In this document: positions 28,715 to 38,267 of the stretch, in pieces
How the letters are laid out: every line of letters begins with the position of its first letter
How positions within the stretch are numbered: the stretch's first letter is position 1
Assembly (NCBI GenBank): GCA_963718665.1
Contig: OY970359.1
Coordinates: 2,048,001-2,112,000, forward strand
Reading direction: 5' to 3'
DNA: 64,000 nucleotides
From: an uncultured Phycisphaerales bacterium
GTDB lineage: Bacteria; Planctomycetota; Phycisphaerae; Sedimentisphaerales; Anaerobacaceae
The notes under the pieces: generated by a model
The model's database searches: none
Told to the model about the DNA's origin: nothing
What the model saw: only the letters and a program-made list of their open reading frames with translations
Program-made: the position numbers and the translations under genes

Positions 28715-30378
28715 TGGCAAACGACAGTGATTTTAGCAGGGTTGAAGTTCTGATTGTGGGCGGCGGGCCGGCGGGACTGAGCTGCGCGATTCAATTGAAG
28801 GTTCTCAGGCCTGGGACCGAGATTTGCGTTATCGAAAAAGGCGCGGAAATCGGCAATCATAACCTTTCGGGAGCGGTCCTGGAAAAAGAGCCGATTCATA
28901 CGCTGCTCGATGCCGCATCGCCCGGCTGGCGGGACAGCGAACAGGCAAAGGACGTGCTGGCAAATAAAATCGATAAAGATGACGTGCTGTTCCTGCTGGG
29001 CAGGAAATTCGGATTCAATATACATTTCGCGATTCGCTTAGCGAAAATATTCGGCATCGGCTTTGGGCAGTTGACGCACACGGGCGATTACACGATTTCA
29101 ATCAGTAAACTCACCAAATGGCTTGGGCAAATCGCGAAATCGCTCGGTATCGAGGTTCTTTGCGGTTTCGCGGCGGCGGACATAATCGTTGATGATAATG
29201 GGGCGGGGGCAGTCAAACTCGTTGACCAGGGACTAAATAAAGAAGGACACAAACAGCCCAATTACCTCGAAGGCGAAACAATCAAGGCGAAGTTCATCGT
29301 GCTGGCGGAGGGCTGCGACGGGCTTTTGACTGAGAAGTTCATCGAAAAGGCAGGGCTTAAAAGACGGGCGAATCAGCTTTACTCGGTCGCTGTAAAGGAA
29401 CTGATTAAGGTATCGCCTGAGCAATACGCTGAGTTTACCGCGGGCAGGGTGATTCACGCGATGGGTTACCCGATTTGGACGCCTGTAATCGGGCCGGGGA
29501 TGTTCGGCGGCGGCATTGTTTATCCTCTTATGGCGGAACACCTGGCGGTTGGGATGATTGTCGGGGCCGACTGGAAATACTGCAACTTCAATCCGCAGCA
29601 CGCGTTAACGCTTTTCAAGCAGCACGGCAGGGTAAAGAGATTCATCGAGGGCGGCACGGTTGTCGAAGCGGGTGCGAAGATGATTCCCGAGGGCGGCTGG
29701 AACGCGATTCCGCGAGACCCAATCAGTGGCGCTATCGGCAAAGGCAACGTGATTCTACTGGGCGATTCAGCAGGGTTTGTGAATATGCTCAAAATCAAGG
29801 GGCTTCACAACGCGATTGATTCGGGGATGATGGCGGCCAAAGCGATAATTGAGACGGTTGATAATCCACGTGCCTCGGCTGTTCGTTATACCGATTTGCT
29901 TTTGAAATCCAACGTCGCGAAGGAAATGAAACGTGCCGCCAAGTTCAGGCAAACCGTCGCCAAATTCGGGCCATTACAGGGTATGCCTTTGTCGGTGCTG
30001 GGGACATTGCTGCCCATGTTCAATATCGAGAAAGATTACGAGGCGATGACGGTTTTGCCTTATCGGCTCAAACCCGGTCAGCTTTTCGACAAAGATACCT
30101 TTACGGCTATGGCCGCGACACATCACCGCGAGGAACAGCCCTCTCATTTGACGATTCTCGACCGCAATATCTGCCAGGAAAAGTGCGTGCCTAAATTCAA
30201 TGCTCCCTGCACTACGTTTTGTCCCGCAGGCGTGTATGAATCCATCCAGGACGAGGTGAAGCCCGCCAATCCTTCAAACTGTCTGCACTGCAAGACCTGT
30301 CAGAGGAAATGTCCCTTCGACAATATCCGCTGGACGGTTCCCGAAGGCACAGGCGGCCCGCGTTACCAGCGGATGTGA
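28714..30378 (+). CDS. ETF:quinone oxidoreductase / FixC-FixX-like fusion
   Basis: GGGPAG FAD motif, GAKMIPEGG, GDSAGFVN..KIKG, C-terminal ferredoxin-like domain with 8 Cys. Confidence 0.88.
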   Translation: MANDSDFSRVEVLIVGGGPAGLSCAIQLKVLRPGTEICVIEKGAEIGNHNLSGAVLEKEPIHTLLDAASPGWRDSEQAKDVLANKIDKDDVLFLLGRKFGFNIHFAIRLAKIFGIGFGQLTHTGDYTISISKLTKWLGQIAKSLGIEVLCGFAAADIIVDDNGAGAVKLVDQGLNKEGHKQPNYLEGETIKAKFIVLAEGCDGLLTEKFIEKAGLKRRANQLYSVAVKELIKVSPEQYAEFTAGRVIHAMGYPIWTPVIGPGMFGGGIVYPLMAEHLAVGMIVGADWKYCNFNPQHALTLFKQHGRVKRFIEGGTVVEAGAKMIPEGGWNAIPRDPISGAIGKGNVILLGDSAGFVNMLKIKGLHNAIDSGMMAAKAIIETVDNPRASAVRYTDLLLKSNVAKEMKRAAKFRQTVAKFGPLQGMPLSVLGTLLPMFNIEKDYEAMTVLPYRLKPGQLFDKDTFTAMAATHHREEQPSHLTILDRNICQEKCVPKFNAPCTTFCPAGVYESIQDEVKPANPSNCLHCKTCQRKCPFDNIRWTVPEGTGGPRYQRM

Positions 30379-30458
30379 GTTTATCTTTCTAATTGCGAAA
30401 TCAAACCTCAGAGGATTGTTCCTCTTCTCGGTATGTCAAATGTGATTTAATAAATCAT

Positions 30459-30491
30459 AAAAAAAGAGCTGTGAGTTTCGCTCACAGCTCT
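30459..30491. terminator. intrinsic terminator
   Basis: aaaaaaagagctgtgag-tttcg-ctcacagctct downstream of the minus-strand PEP-CTERM gene. Confidence 0.7.
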
Positions 30492-30519
30492 ATGTGTGCA
30501 TTAAAAAATGGGTTTATTT

Positions 30520-31170
30520 CTACTTTCTGCTTTTTCTCAGCATCAAACCGCCGAGGCCGAGCAACAGCATTGTAGCGGGCTCAGGCACTTCATAGAAGTA
30601 AGTGACAGTACCCGTTAGTTGTGCAGATGTAACCTGAGTTGTAGAGGTTTCTCCGCCTGTGTTGGTAAGCCATGTCTGAGTAAAAGTGCTGGCAGGCAAC
30701 ACAATCGTGCCAGGCCCGGTGAATTCCGCAAGCACCGCAGCGGCTGTGTACTGGTCAGAAGATGAACTGTTCTTGGTCAGGTTACCTGACATCACCGACT
30801 GCCCCGCACCGAGATTGCTGTAGGCGAAGGCGGGGCTGAAAAAGTCCATTTCCGGAACATTGAGATTTCCGCCCGAATCCTGAACTGTCATCTGAAGCTC
30901 CGTCTTGGCATCGCCAGAGGACGGCAAAGTTGAATCACCATTAGTAATGGTCAGAACCGTAGTCATCGAACCCGCGAGGTCAATTTGCACCATAGTAAGG
31001 TTACCTAATGCAGAATTGAATTGCTGGAATTGCAATGAGCTGGACCAATCAGTCAACGTTGAAGCAATTGGCGTTGTTGTCGTGAAAGGCCCTGATACCA
31101 GAGCGGCAAATGACATACTTGGCAGAACACATGATAGAAACAGACACAAAACAAATTTCTTTTTCATCAC
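30520..31170 (-). CDS. PEP-CTERM sorting domain protein (choice-of-anchor E-like)
   Basis: Signal peptide, Ser/Thr-rich body, VPEPATMLLLGLGGLMLRKSRK terminus. Confidence 0.9.
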   Translation of the reverse strand: MMKKKFVLCLFLSCVLPSMSFAALVSGPFTTTTPIASTLTDWSSSLQFQQFNSALGNLTMVQIDLAGSMTTVLTITNGDSTLPSSGDAKTELQMTVQDSGGNLNVPEMDFFSPAFAYSNLGAGQSVMSGNLTKNSSSSDQYTAAAVLAEFTGPGTIVLPASTFTQTWLTNTGGETSTTQVTSAQLTGTVTYFYEVPEPATMLLLGLGGLMLRKSRK

Positions 31171-31419
31171 ACTCTCCTTCCCAACCGTACATTAATGTTT
31201 TATGTAGCCCAAAGCTACACACGGTATCACTCCCTTTTATGATGCCGTTGCTCCTTTTGTGATACACTCCATTAAGCTTCAATCATACCATATTCTTTCC
31301 CGTAATGTCAAGCAAAAATTCATATATTTCGCAATGTTAAGCAAAAATTTAAAAATTTTGCAGATTTTTTCGGACTTATGCTTCAAAACCGCTTTTTTGG
31401 CCCAAAAACGCAGTAATAT

Positions 31420-31554
31420 TCACATAGACATGGGTTTCAACTGGGATTTTCTATTAAAAAGATGAGTGTACTTGGGGCATTTGCCTTTTTTTTCTGCGCC
31501 ATCGTCGCGGGCCAGAATCCGCTGCCCGCAATATATGCACTTGAACTTTATCAC
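31420..31554 (-). pseudogene. truncated paralog of the 32411 zinc-ribbon gene
   Basis: GTG overlapping the upstream TGA gives MIKFKCIYCGQRILARDDGAEKKGKCPKY..., nearly identical to the upstream N-terminus, then degenerates. Confidence 0.7.
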
Positions 31555-32411
31555 GATTTGACCTCGGGTGACTGTTCGTCGTTTTGGCCTGCAAGGCGGG
31601 GGAAAACGCTCTGCAATCCTTTGTCGAGGCTGGTCGTGTAAATGATACAAATAGATAAGGTTACGGCCCAGTGCAGCTTGAAAACGTTATTACAGAATAT
31701 AAAAATGACGAGAACAGCAATTAGGCCGATGACAACCTCTTTTATTGACGCATCGCGGTCACTGATACATTCTTCATCGATAATTTTGAACAGCATCACA
31801 ATGAGCAGGACGCCGTTGATAATATTCCATACGGGGAAAATGATCAGCCAGTCCCTGATGCTGCTACTGCTTAAAACGTACCATCCTGAGATGATGCCCG
31901 TGCCGGCGTTTGTCAGGACGGCGAAGATAAGCATAATCCATTTTTCGGTGTCGGTTTTTTCTCTTGTGGTGAAGACGTTGTATATGCTGAGGCCCATTCC
32001 GGTTATGAAAATTGCAGCAGCGATGAAAACGTAGATGATGAAAGCGTGGATGTGGGAACATATCGCGGCCCATTTGCGTATCTGTTCCCGAAACGGCTCA
32101 TTGACGGCGTAAAGCAGGATCAGCGTCATCGACATTAAAAACAGAGACATTTCGTCATAGACAGGTATGAGCCAGCCGGCATCTTCTCTGACGAGGTCAG
32201 TCAGGTCATCGGACGCATCCGTGTTGTTCGTCAGAAAGAACTCCTCAGTCGCTTTTTTCTTACGCTCGGCGGTGTCCACACCGGTTAAAGGTGCGGTCTG
32301 GATCGGGACGCGCAGTTGATGCCTGCACGTCGGACACTTGCCGTTTCTGCCGGCCAGGTCGTCATTCACTGCTATCCGCTGCCCGCAATATATACACTTG
32401 AAGTGTATCAC
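31551..32411 (-). CDS. membrane protein with N-terminal zinc ribbon
   Basis: CIYC...CPTC followed by about 6 TM helices. Confidence 0.8.
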   Translation of the reverse strand: MIHFKCIYCGQRIAVNDDLAGRNGKCPTCRHQLRVPIQTAPLTGVDTAERKKKATEEFFLTNNTDASDDLTDLVREDAGWLIPVYDEMSLFLMSMTLILLYAVNEPFREQIRKWAAICSHIHAFIIYVFIAAAIFITGMGLSIYNVFTTREKTDTEKWIMLIFAVLTNAGTGIISGWYVLSSSSIRDWLIIFPVWNIINGVLLIVMLFKIIDEECISDRDASIKEVVIGLIAVLVIFIFCNNVFKLHWAVTLSICIIYTTSLDKGLQSVFPRLAGQNDEQSPEVKS

Positions 32412-32428
32412 GACTCGGCTCCTGTTAT

Positions 32429-32498
32429 TGTCATTCCCGCGAAAGCGGGAATCCAGTATTTAAGCGTTTTATGGACTCCTGCTTCCGCAGGAGTGACA
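32429..32498. repeat. complete 70-bp REP/RPE-like element of two inverted hairpins
   Basis: tgtcattcccgcgaaagcgggaatcca...tggactcctgcttccgcaggagtgaca. Confidence 0.8.
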
Positions 32499-32511
32499 TA
32501 TAAGCAATCGC

Positions 32512-33612
32512 TCAATAATCGACAAATACGATATCTTCCGGTATCGCGACGACGTCCCTGCGTTTGGGGCCGAGGAGCTTGCGAATTTCGGTAGAGTGTT
32601 TGCCCGCGAGGGTTTCAAGCTCTGCGCTGCTAAAATTCGTTACGGCCTTTGCCTTGTCGTTTAGCCAGACGACCTCGCCCGCCTCAAACGCTCCCTCGAT
32701 TGATTTTATGCCGCTGGGTAATAAGCTCTTTTTATTCTTTACCGCCCGAATAGCGCCGTCGTCGATATTTATCACCCCGGCAGGGGTGCTGTTGAGAATC
32801 CATCTTTCGCGGTTACTGAGTTTGCGTTTGGGTAAAAACAGCGTACCGATTGTCTCGCCTGCGATGATTCGCTCGATGACGTTTTCGGTTTTGCCGTTGG
32901 CCAGGACGATTTTGCAGCCCGCGTTGGAGGCGACTTTGGCGGCCTCGATTTTGGTCTTCATACCGCCCGTGCTGAATTTGCTGCCTTTGCTGCCTGCGCT
33001 TTTGATTATACAATCTGTGATTTCAAAGACCGTATCTATCGGCTTTGCGTCGGCGTATTTTTTGGGGTCTTTATCGTACAGGGCGTCGATATCGGTCAGT
33101 ATTATAAGCAGGTCGGCGTCGATTTTGCTTGCGACAAGTGCGCTTAGGCGGTCGTTATCGCCAAAAGCTGTACCGATTTCGGCGGTTGAGATACTGTCGT
33201 TTTCATTTAAGACAGGCACAACGCCGAGTTTCAAAAGCGTCTCAATCGAGTTTTGCAGGTTCAGGTAGGTCTTGCGGTTATTCAGCACCTCAGCGGTCAA
33301 TAGTACCTGGGCGACGGTAACGCCGAATTGCTCGAATGCCTTTCGGTATTCCGCCATCAACATTGGTTGGCCTATGGCCGCACAGGCCTGACGCATCCGG
33401 ACATCGCCGGGCTTGTTTGAAAGCTTCAGTTGTCCCGCTCCCATACCGATTGCGCCGGAGGTGACAATCACCACCTGCTTACCCATCTTAAGCAGTGAAC
33501 CGACTTGGCCTGCCACCTTTCCTACATACCCGGCGTCGATACTGTCATCCTTCGACAGGATGTTCGTGCCAAGTTTTAAGACAATCCTTTTTGCCTTTGT
33601 AAAGTCACGCAT
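32512..33612 (-). CDS. proB: glutamate 5-kinase with PUA domain
   Basis: VLKLGTN, VTSGAI, NENDS, FGDNDRLS and GGMKTK motifs. Confidence 0.95.
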   Translation of the reverse strand: MRDFTKAKRIVLKLGTNILSKDDSIDAGYVGKVAGQVGSLLKMGKQVVIVTSGAIGMGAGQLKLSNKPGDVRMRQACAAIGQPMLMAEYRKAFEQFGVTVAQVLLTAEVLNNRKTYLNLQNSIETLLKLGVVPVLNENDSISTAEIGTAFGDNDRLSALVASKIDADLLIILTDIDALYDKDPKKYADAKPIDTVFEITDCIIKSAGSKGSKFSTGGMKTKIEAAKVASNAGCKIVLANGKTENVIERIIAGETIGTLFLPKRKLSNRERWILNSTPAGVINIDDGAIRAVKNKKSLLPSGIKSIEGAFEAGEVVWLNDKAKAVTNFSSAELETLAGKHSTEIRKLLGPKRRDVVAIPEDIVFVDY

Positions 33613-33649
33613 AAATCGCCCATTTTGCCACAGAGCAAGCTCTTTTATT

Positions 33650-33749
33650 TTAGCCACAGAGGGCACAGAGACCACAGAGAATTGTAACCACAGATTTCAC
33701 GGATTTCCACAGATTCCTTTGTCATTCCGAGCGCAGTCGAGGAATCTAT
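33650..33749. repeat. nonamer CACAGA arrays plus REP-like palindrome
   Basis: ttagccacagagggcacagagaccacagag; ccacagatttcacggatttccacagatt; tgtcattccgagcgcagtcgaggaatct. Confidence 0.75.
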
Positions 33750-33779
33750 TTTTCTGCCATTCAACAAACAAACCGGTCT

Positions 33780-34262
33780 TTACTTAGGCCACAGTATTTT
33801 GACAATAGACGCTTTAATTAACTCAAGCCATCCCAAGAGATGAAGGATTGTAAGTAATGCCGCAAAAAGAATAACAATATCACGTATTCGCTTGATTATC
33901 TGGCGTTTTCTTTCTTTTCTGGCTTTCTTAGCAATTTGCTGGAGCGTTTCAATAAGGTCAGAAGCAATGCTTTTGACTTCCTCTGTTCGCGGGTAAAACT
34001 CCTCGTTGTATTCTGCTTCGGTAATAGGTTTGGACGACCAACTATTTAAGTCACATACTTTTTCTTGGAGTACTTTGAAATCTTCTTGCACCTTATGACC
34101 TATCTCAGGTATTTTTGAAAGCAACCAGAGAATTACTTCTTTTTGGCCGAAATCAGGAGCAAACCTGATAAATGTGGGTGAATGATTACAAGACTGTTCA
34201 TCAGTCCATCCTTGCATATTTTCAGCAAGTTTTTCTATCATTTTGATTTCGTTCGATCTCAT
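33780..34262 (-). CDS. hypothetical protein with C-terminal TM helix (AT-rich)
   Basis: AAGGAG before the ATG at 34262; hydrophobic C-terminus. Confidence 0.6.
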   Translation of the reverse strand: MRSNEIKMIEKLAENMQGWTDEQSCNHSPTFIRFAPDFGQKEVILWLLSKIPEIGHKVQEDFKVLQEKVCDLNSWSSKPITEAEYNEEFYPRTEEVKSIASDLIETLQQIAKKARKERKRQIIKRIRDIVILFAALLTILHLLGWLELIKASIVKILWPK

Positions 34263-34420
34263 TATACTCTCCTTGCATATTGCTACTATTTTAATTCGAA
34301 CAGGCATTATAAGCAATCATTTGCATAAAATGTCGTTGACTCATACGGCTTAAGAGATATACTTAAAAGGTACTATAATTGGCTTGCAGAGGTCAATCTG
34401 TCATTCTGAAAGGAGATATT

Positions 34421-34708
34421 GTGAAACAATACGAGCGATTTATTATCTATGGTTTATTCCTTATACTTCTCATTTTAGTTGGATGGTTCATAGATAATAA
34501 AACCAAGACAGATAGATATAAATGTTGGCCCATGAGTAATGGCGATTATGTTGGATCATATATTCTTGATACAAAAACAAGACATGTTTATATTGTTAGA
34601 AATGTGGGCACTCATATTCGCGACTTGGGAGTAATCGGCGTTTTTTACGGCAGTATCAATAAGGATGGAAGTATCGACTTCAACGATCTTCCAATGAGAG
34701 ATAAATAA
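34421..34708 (+). CDS. hypothetical protein with N-terminal TM helix (AT-rich)
   Basis: AAGGAG before the GTG at 34421. Confidence 0.6.
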   Translation: MKQYERFIIYGLFLILLILVGWFIDNKTKTDRYKCWPMSNGDYVGSYILDTKTRHVYIVRNVGTHIRDLGVIGVFYGSINKDGSIDFNDLPMRDK

Positions 34709-34749
34709 ATGAGAACAGCTTTTGTTAAGTCTTTTGTGCCTTTTTGTGG

Positions 34750-36075
34750 CTAAGCTAATTTTTTGTGGCTAAATTTTTTTTTACCTTCTGCGTAGTCGGC
34801 GACGATTTGGCCTGAGCCGAGGAGTTTCCATTTATAAATCAGGAGGCCTTCAAGACCGACGGGGCCGCGGGCGTGAATCTTCGTCGTGCTTACGCCCACT
34901 TCCGCGCCTAAGCCATAGCGGTAGCCATCGCTGAAACGTGTGCTGCAATTCCAGAAAACGCCAGCGGAATCCACTAAATCGAGGAACCTTTCAGCGGTCG
35001 CCTTATCCTGCGTAACAATCGCATCGGTATGATGCGAGCCATAGTGGTTTATATGTTCGATGGCCTCGTCAACGCTTTCGACGACCTTTATAGACAGGAT
35101 GTAATCGAGATATTCGGTTGACCAGTCCTTTTCGGTGGCGGGTTTGACTTTGATGATTGAACGGGTTTTCTTGCAGCCGCGAAGCTCTACGTTTTTTGCG
35201 TCGAAAGCGGCTTTCACCTTTGGCAAAAACTCCTTCGCGATTTTACTATCGACGAGAAGCGTTTCGGTAGCATTGCAGACGGCTACATACTGGCACTTCG
35301 AATCGACGGCGATTTTGACCGCCATATCGAGAGCCGCTGCCCCATCGACGTAAACGTGGCAAATACCTTCCGCGTGGCCAAGGACGGGGATATTTGTGTG
35401 GTTCATTATGTAGCGGACAAATTCATTTGAGCCGCGTGGAATGACGAGGTCGATGTCCTCATCCATCTTGAGCATTTCAGCGACATCCTGCCGGGTTTCT
35501 AATAACTGAATCCACCCATCTGGTATTCCTTCTGAACGCTGTCCGCTGTCCCCTGAACGCTGACACGTTGCTTCGGCAATTACTTTTGCGAGTATTTTAT
35601 TTGTATTGGCTGCTTCGCTTCCTCCTTTGAGAAGGACGGCGTTTCCGCTTTTCAAACACAGCGTTGAAATCTGGACAAGGGCATCGGGTCTTGATTCGAA
35701 TACGACGCCGATGACGCCGATGGGGCAACTGACTTTGTAGAGATTCAATCCTTCGTCGAGTTCGGTTGCAGTGAGCGTTTTGCCTACGGGGTCATCGAGT
35801 TTGATTAAGCTTTCGATACCAGCACAGACATCCGCGATTTTGCCCTCGTCGAATTTCAGGCGTTTGAGCAGGGGTTTTGCTAATTTGCCCGCCGCGGCGG
35901 GTAAATTTTTTTCTGCCAGCCGAAGGTCTTTCTGATTGGCGGCGATTATTTCCGCACTTCTGTTTTTCAATGCCTCGGCTATCCGCGCAAGGGCGGCGTT
36001 CTTCGCATCGGTTTTAACAGCCGATAACAGTATCGACGCCGACTTCGCTTTTTTGGCTTTTTCCGCTATACTCAT
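34750..36075 (-). CDS. proA: gamma-glutamyl phosphate reductase with two short in-frame repeat insertions
   Basis: FESRP, LKSGNA..LKGG, IPRGS, CNATE and NCSTRFSDG..GLGAEVG motifs. Confidence 0.95.
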   Translation of the reverse strand: MSIAEKAKKAKSASILLSAVKTDAKNAALARIAEALKNRSAEIIAANQKDLRLAEKNLPAAAGKLAKPLLKRLKFDEGKIADVCAGIESLIKLDDPVGKTLTATELDEGLNLYKVSCPIGVIGVVFESRPDALVQISTLCLKSGNAVLLKGGSEAANTNKILAKVIAEATCQRSGDSGQRSEGIPDGWIQLLETRQDVAEMLKMDEDIDLVIPRGSNEFVRYIMNHTNIPVLGHAEGICHVYVDGAAALDMAVKIAVDSKCQYVAVCNATETLLVDSKIAKEFLPKVKAAFDAKNVELRGCKKTRSIIKVKPATEKDWSTEYLDYILSIKVVESVDEAIEHINHYGSHHTDAIVTQDKATAERFLDLVDSAGVFWNCSTRFSDGYRYGLGAEVGVSTTKIHARGPVGLEGLLIYKWKLLGSGQIVADYAEGKKKFSHKKLA

Positions 36076-36202
36076 AAATTCAAACCACAGATTACACAGA
36101 TTCCACTGATTTTTTACTTTTTCCTTTTTACTTTTTGCTTTTGTGTTTTATTGTCTTCGTGGTAAAATTGTAATTTGAAAATAGTAAATAAGCAATGATT
36201 AT

Positions 36203-36273
36203 GCGGGTGTAGCTTAGTGGTAAAGCTCCAGCCTTCCAAGCTGGTCATGTGGGTTCGATTCCCATCACCCGCT
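36203..36273 (+). tRNA. tRNA-Gly(TCC)
   Basis: GCGGGTG/CACCCGC acceptor stem, ccagc-CTTCCAA-gctgg anticodon arm, GGTTCGATTCC; CCA not encoded. Confidence 0.95.
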
Positions 36274-36535
36274 TTTTTTACAAGATTTACCGCGGAGTTC
36301 GCAGAGACCACAGAGAAAAAAATATAAAAACGAACTCTATGATGAATTGATAGGGGACAAGTCACATTGGGCGATGGCGATAATCTGAGAAAAACGGAAA
36401 ATCACAAAAAATTTTCAAGTTCGCCAAAGCTGCCATATTTGCATCTAACCAGTTGTCTTTGTTTGAGTTAGGGGTTCGGAGGCAACGTCCTATAATAAAA
36501 TTTTAAGAATTTTTTTGAAAGTGCGGAGTTTTATA

Positions 36536-36619
36536 TTGACGAAGTGGTAAGAAGTGGTAATAATTCCCAATAAGTGGTTAATGGGTGGCGATAAGTATCA
36601 GACAAGTGGAGACAAGTGA
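36536..36619 (+). promoter_or_regulatory. mraZ promoter with MraZ boxes
   Basis: TTGACG -35; GTGG repeats at about 10-nt periodicity (36544, 36554, 36574, 36585, 36606). Confidence 0.75.
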
Positions 36620-37099
36620 ATGCTTTTGCTAACAGGAGAATACGAGCATACCATCGATGAGAAGGGCAGGGTGCTGGTCTCCAACAAGCTCCGCAATCAA
36701 ATCGATACCAAAGAGCACGGCAGCGATTTTTATCTTGTTGTCGGGGCAAACGGCATATTGTCTTTATATCCGGAGAAATGTTTTCAGCTTATGACGGTTG
36801 CTATGGCACAGAAAAATACCGCCCCGGATGAAATTGTAGCTTTCGAGCGAATGAACTTCGCTTTGGCAGGGAAGGTCGAGTTAGATAGCCAGGGACGGCT
36901 ATTATTAAATGAAAAACTGCGCAAAAGGGCAGGTTTAAAAGATAACGTAACGCTGGTAGGTGTGCGGGACCACATCGAGCTTTGGAACACGCAGGACTGG
37001 GAGCAGTATCTTTCGGACAATATGGCGCAGTACCAGAAGCGCGTGGCCCAGGCCCGGCAGGAAGTTTTACAAAAGCAGAGTCAGGATTTAGAGGGATGA
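36620..37099 (+). CDS. mraZ: division/cell wall cluster transcriptional repressor MraZ
   Basis: Two D.KGR/DSQGR AbrB-like repeats; GVRDHIELW motif. Confidence 0.93.
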   Translation: MLLLTGEYEHTIDEKGRVLVSNKLRNQIDTKEHGSDFYLVVGANGILSLYPEKCFQLMTVAMAQKNTAPDEIVAFERMNFALAGKVELDSQGRLLLNEKLRKRAGLKDNVTLVGVRDHIELWNTQDWEQYLSDNMAQYQKRVAQARQEVLQKQSQDLEG

Positions 37100-37110
37100 A
37101 AGGAGTCATT

Positions 37111-37326
37111 ATGTTGGAGTTGTATCCGGACCATTGCGAAGTCGTCAAAGAAGGGTTGAAGGGCACCAGGGCAATCGACGAGCAGACGTTTGCCTCGCTT
37201 GAGGTGCTGAATGACCGGCTGGAAAGGGTAAAAAAGCTCGGCGGCAAGTTCGTTAATGTAGCGTTCTCGCCGGCGGCGGAGCATCTGAGGAAGCAATCCG
37301 GCAAATTAGCGGTTGGTCATATTTGA
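37111..37326 (+). CDS. small hypothetical protein between mraZ and rsmH
   Basis: AAGGAG before the ATG at 37111; 71 aa filling the intergenic gap. Confidence 0.65.
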   Translation: MLELYPDHCEVVKEGLKGTRAIDEQTFASLEVLNDRLERVKKLGGKFVNVAFSPAAEHLRKQSGKLAVGHI

Positions 37327-37342
37327 ATGACGGCGTTTAAAA

Positions 37343-38242
37343 GTGGATGGTTCGGCGGCGCAACATATACCGGTTCTTGCTGAAGTACTTGTTGAGCAGA
37401 TAAAGCTGCCGCAGGATGCGGTGGTGGTCGATGCGACCATAGGACAGGGAGGTCATAGCTTACTGTTTGGCAAGAGATTGGGCCCCAAGGGAGCTATAAT
37501 CGGCCTGGACGTTGATATAAATGCTATCCGAAGGGCCCAATCTGTTTTAGAGGGCTTGCTTTGCAGGGTGATTCTGGTCAATTCCAATTTTTCCGAAATA
37601 ACGGAAGTTGTGCGCGGGCAGGGGATGGAGAAGGTTGATTTTATACTGGCGGATTTAGGGTTTTGCTCTGCCCAGTTAGAGGATGACCGGATGGGTTTAA
37701 GTTTTCAAAAAAATATGCCGCTGGATATGCGTTTGGATAAAAGATTAAAGACCACTGCTGCCGATATAATCAGCAGAGCAGATGAGAAGACGCTCGCGGA
37801 TTTGATTTACAAGTTCGGCGAAGAAAGAGCATCGAGGCGGATAGCAAGATTTATCGTCGAGCGTCGTCATCGTGAGCCGATTACGACGACGGGGCAGCTT
37901 GCCGCGATTATATCGAGCGCGACGGGAAAAGGCGGACAATGGTCACGGATTCATCCGGCGACAAGAACTTTTCAGGCGCTGAGAATCGCGGTGAACAACG
38001 AGCTTGAAAATCTTGAGACGCTGCTCGGTTCGGCGCCGGCCCTGCTTGAGGCAAACGGTTACATAGCGGTCATCAGTTTTCACAGCTTGGAAGACCGGAT
38101 AGTGAAAATGGATTTTAAGAGTAACGAGAAGAATGGGGTTTATAAAGTTATTACGAAAAAACCGATATCGGCATCGCGTGATGAGATATCTGAAAATCAC
38201 AGGGCAAGGAGCGCAAAGCTAAGGATAGCGCAGAAAGTTTAA
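37343..38242 (+). CDS. rsmH: 16S rRNA m4C1402 methyltransferase
   Basis: HIPVL, DATIGQGGHS, PLDMR, HPATRTFQALRI and ISFHSLEDR motifs. Confidence 0.96.
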   Translation: MDGSAAQHIPVLAEVLVEQIKLPQDAVVVDATIGQGGHSLLFGKRLGPKGAIIGLDVDINAIRRAQSVLEGLLCRVILVNSNFSEITEVVRGQGMEKVDFILADLGFCSAQLEDDRMGLSFQKNMPLDMRLDKRLKTTAADIISRADEKTLADLIYKFGEERASRRIARFIVERRHREPITTTGQLAAIISSATGKGGQWSRIHPATRTFQALRIAVNNELENLETLLGSAPALLEANGYIAVISFHSLEDRIVKMDFKSNEKNGVYKVITKKPISASRDEISENHRARSAKLRIAQKV

Positions 38243-38267
38243 GGGAATCGTTTAAGGGAGTCATAAA

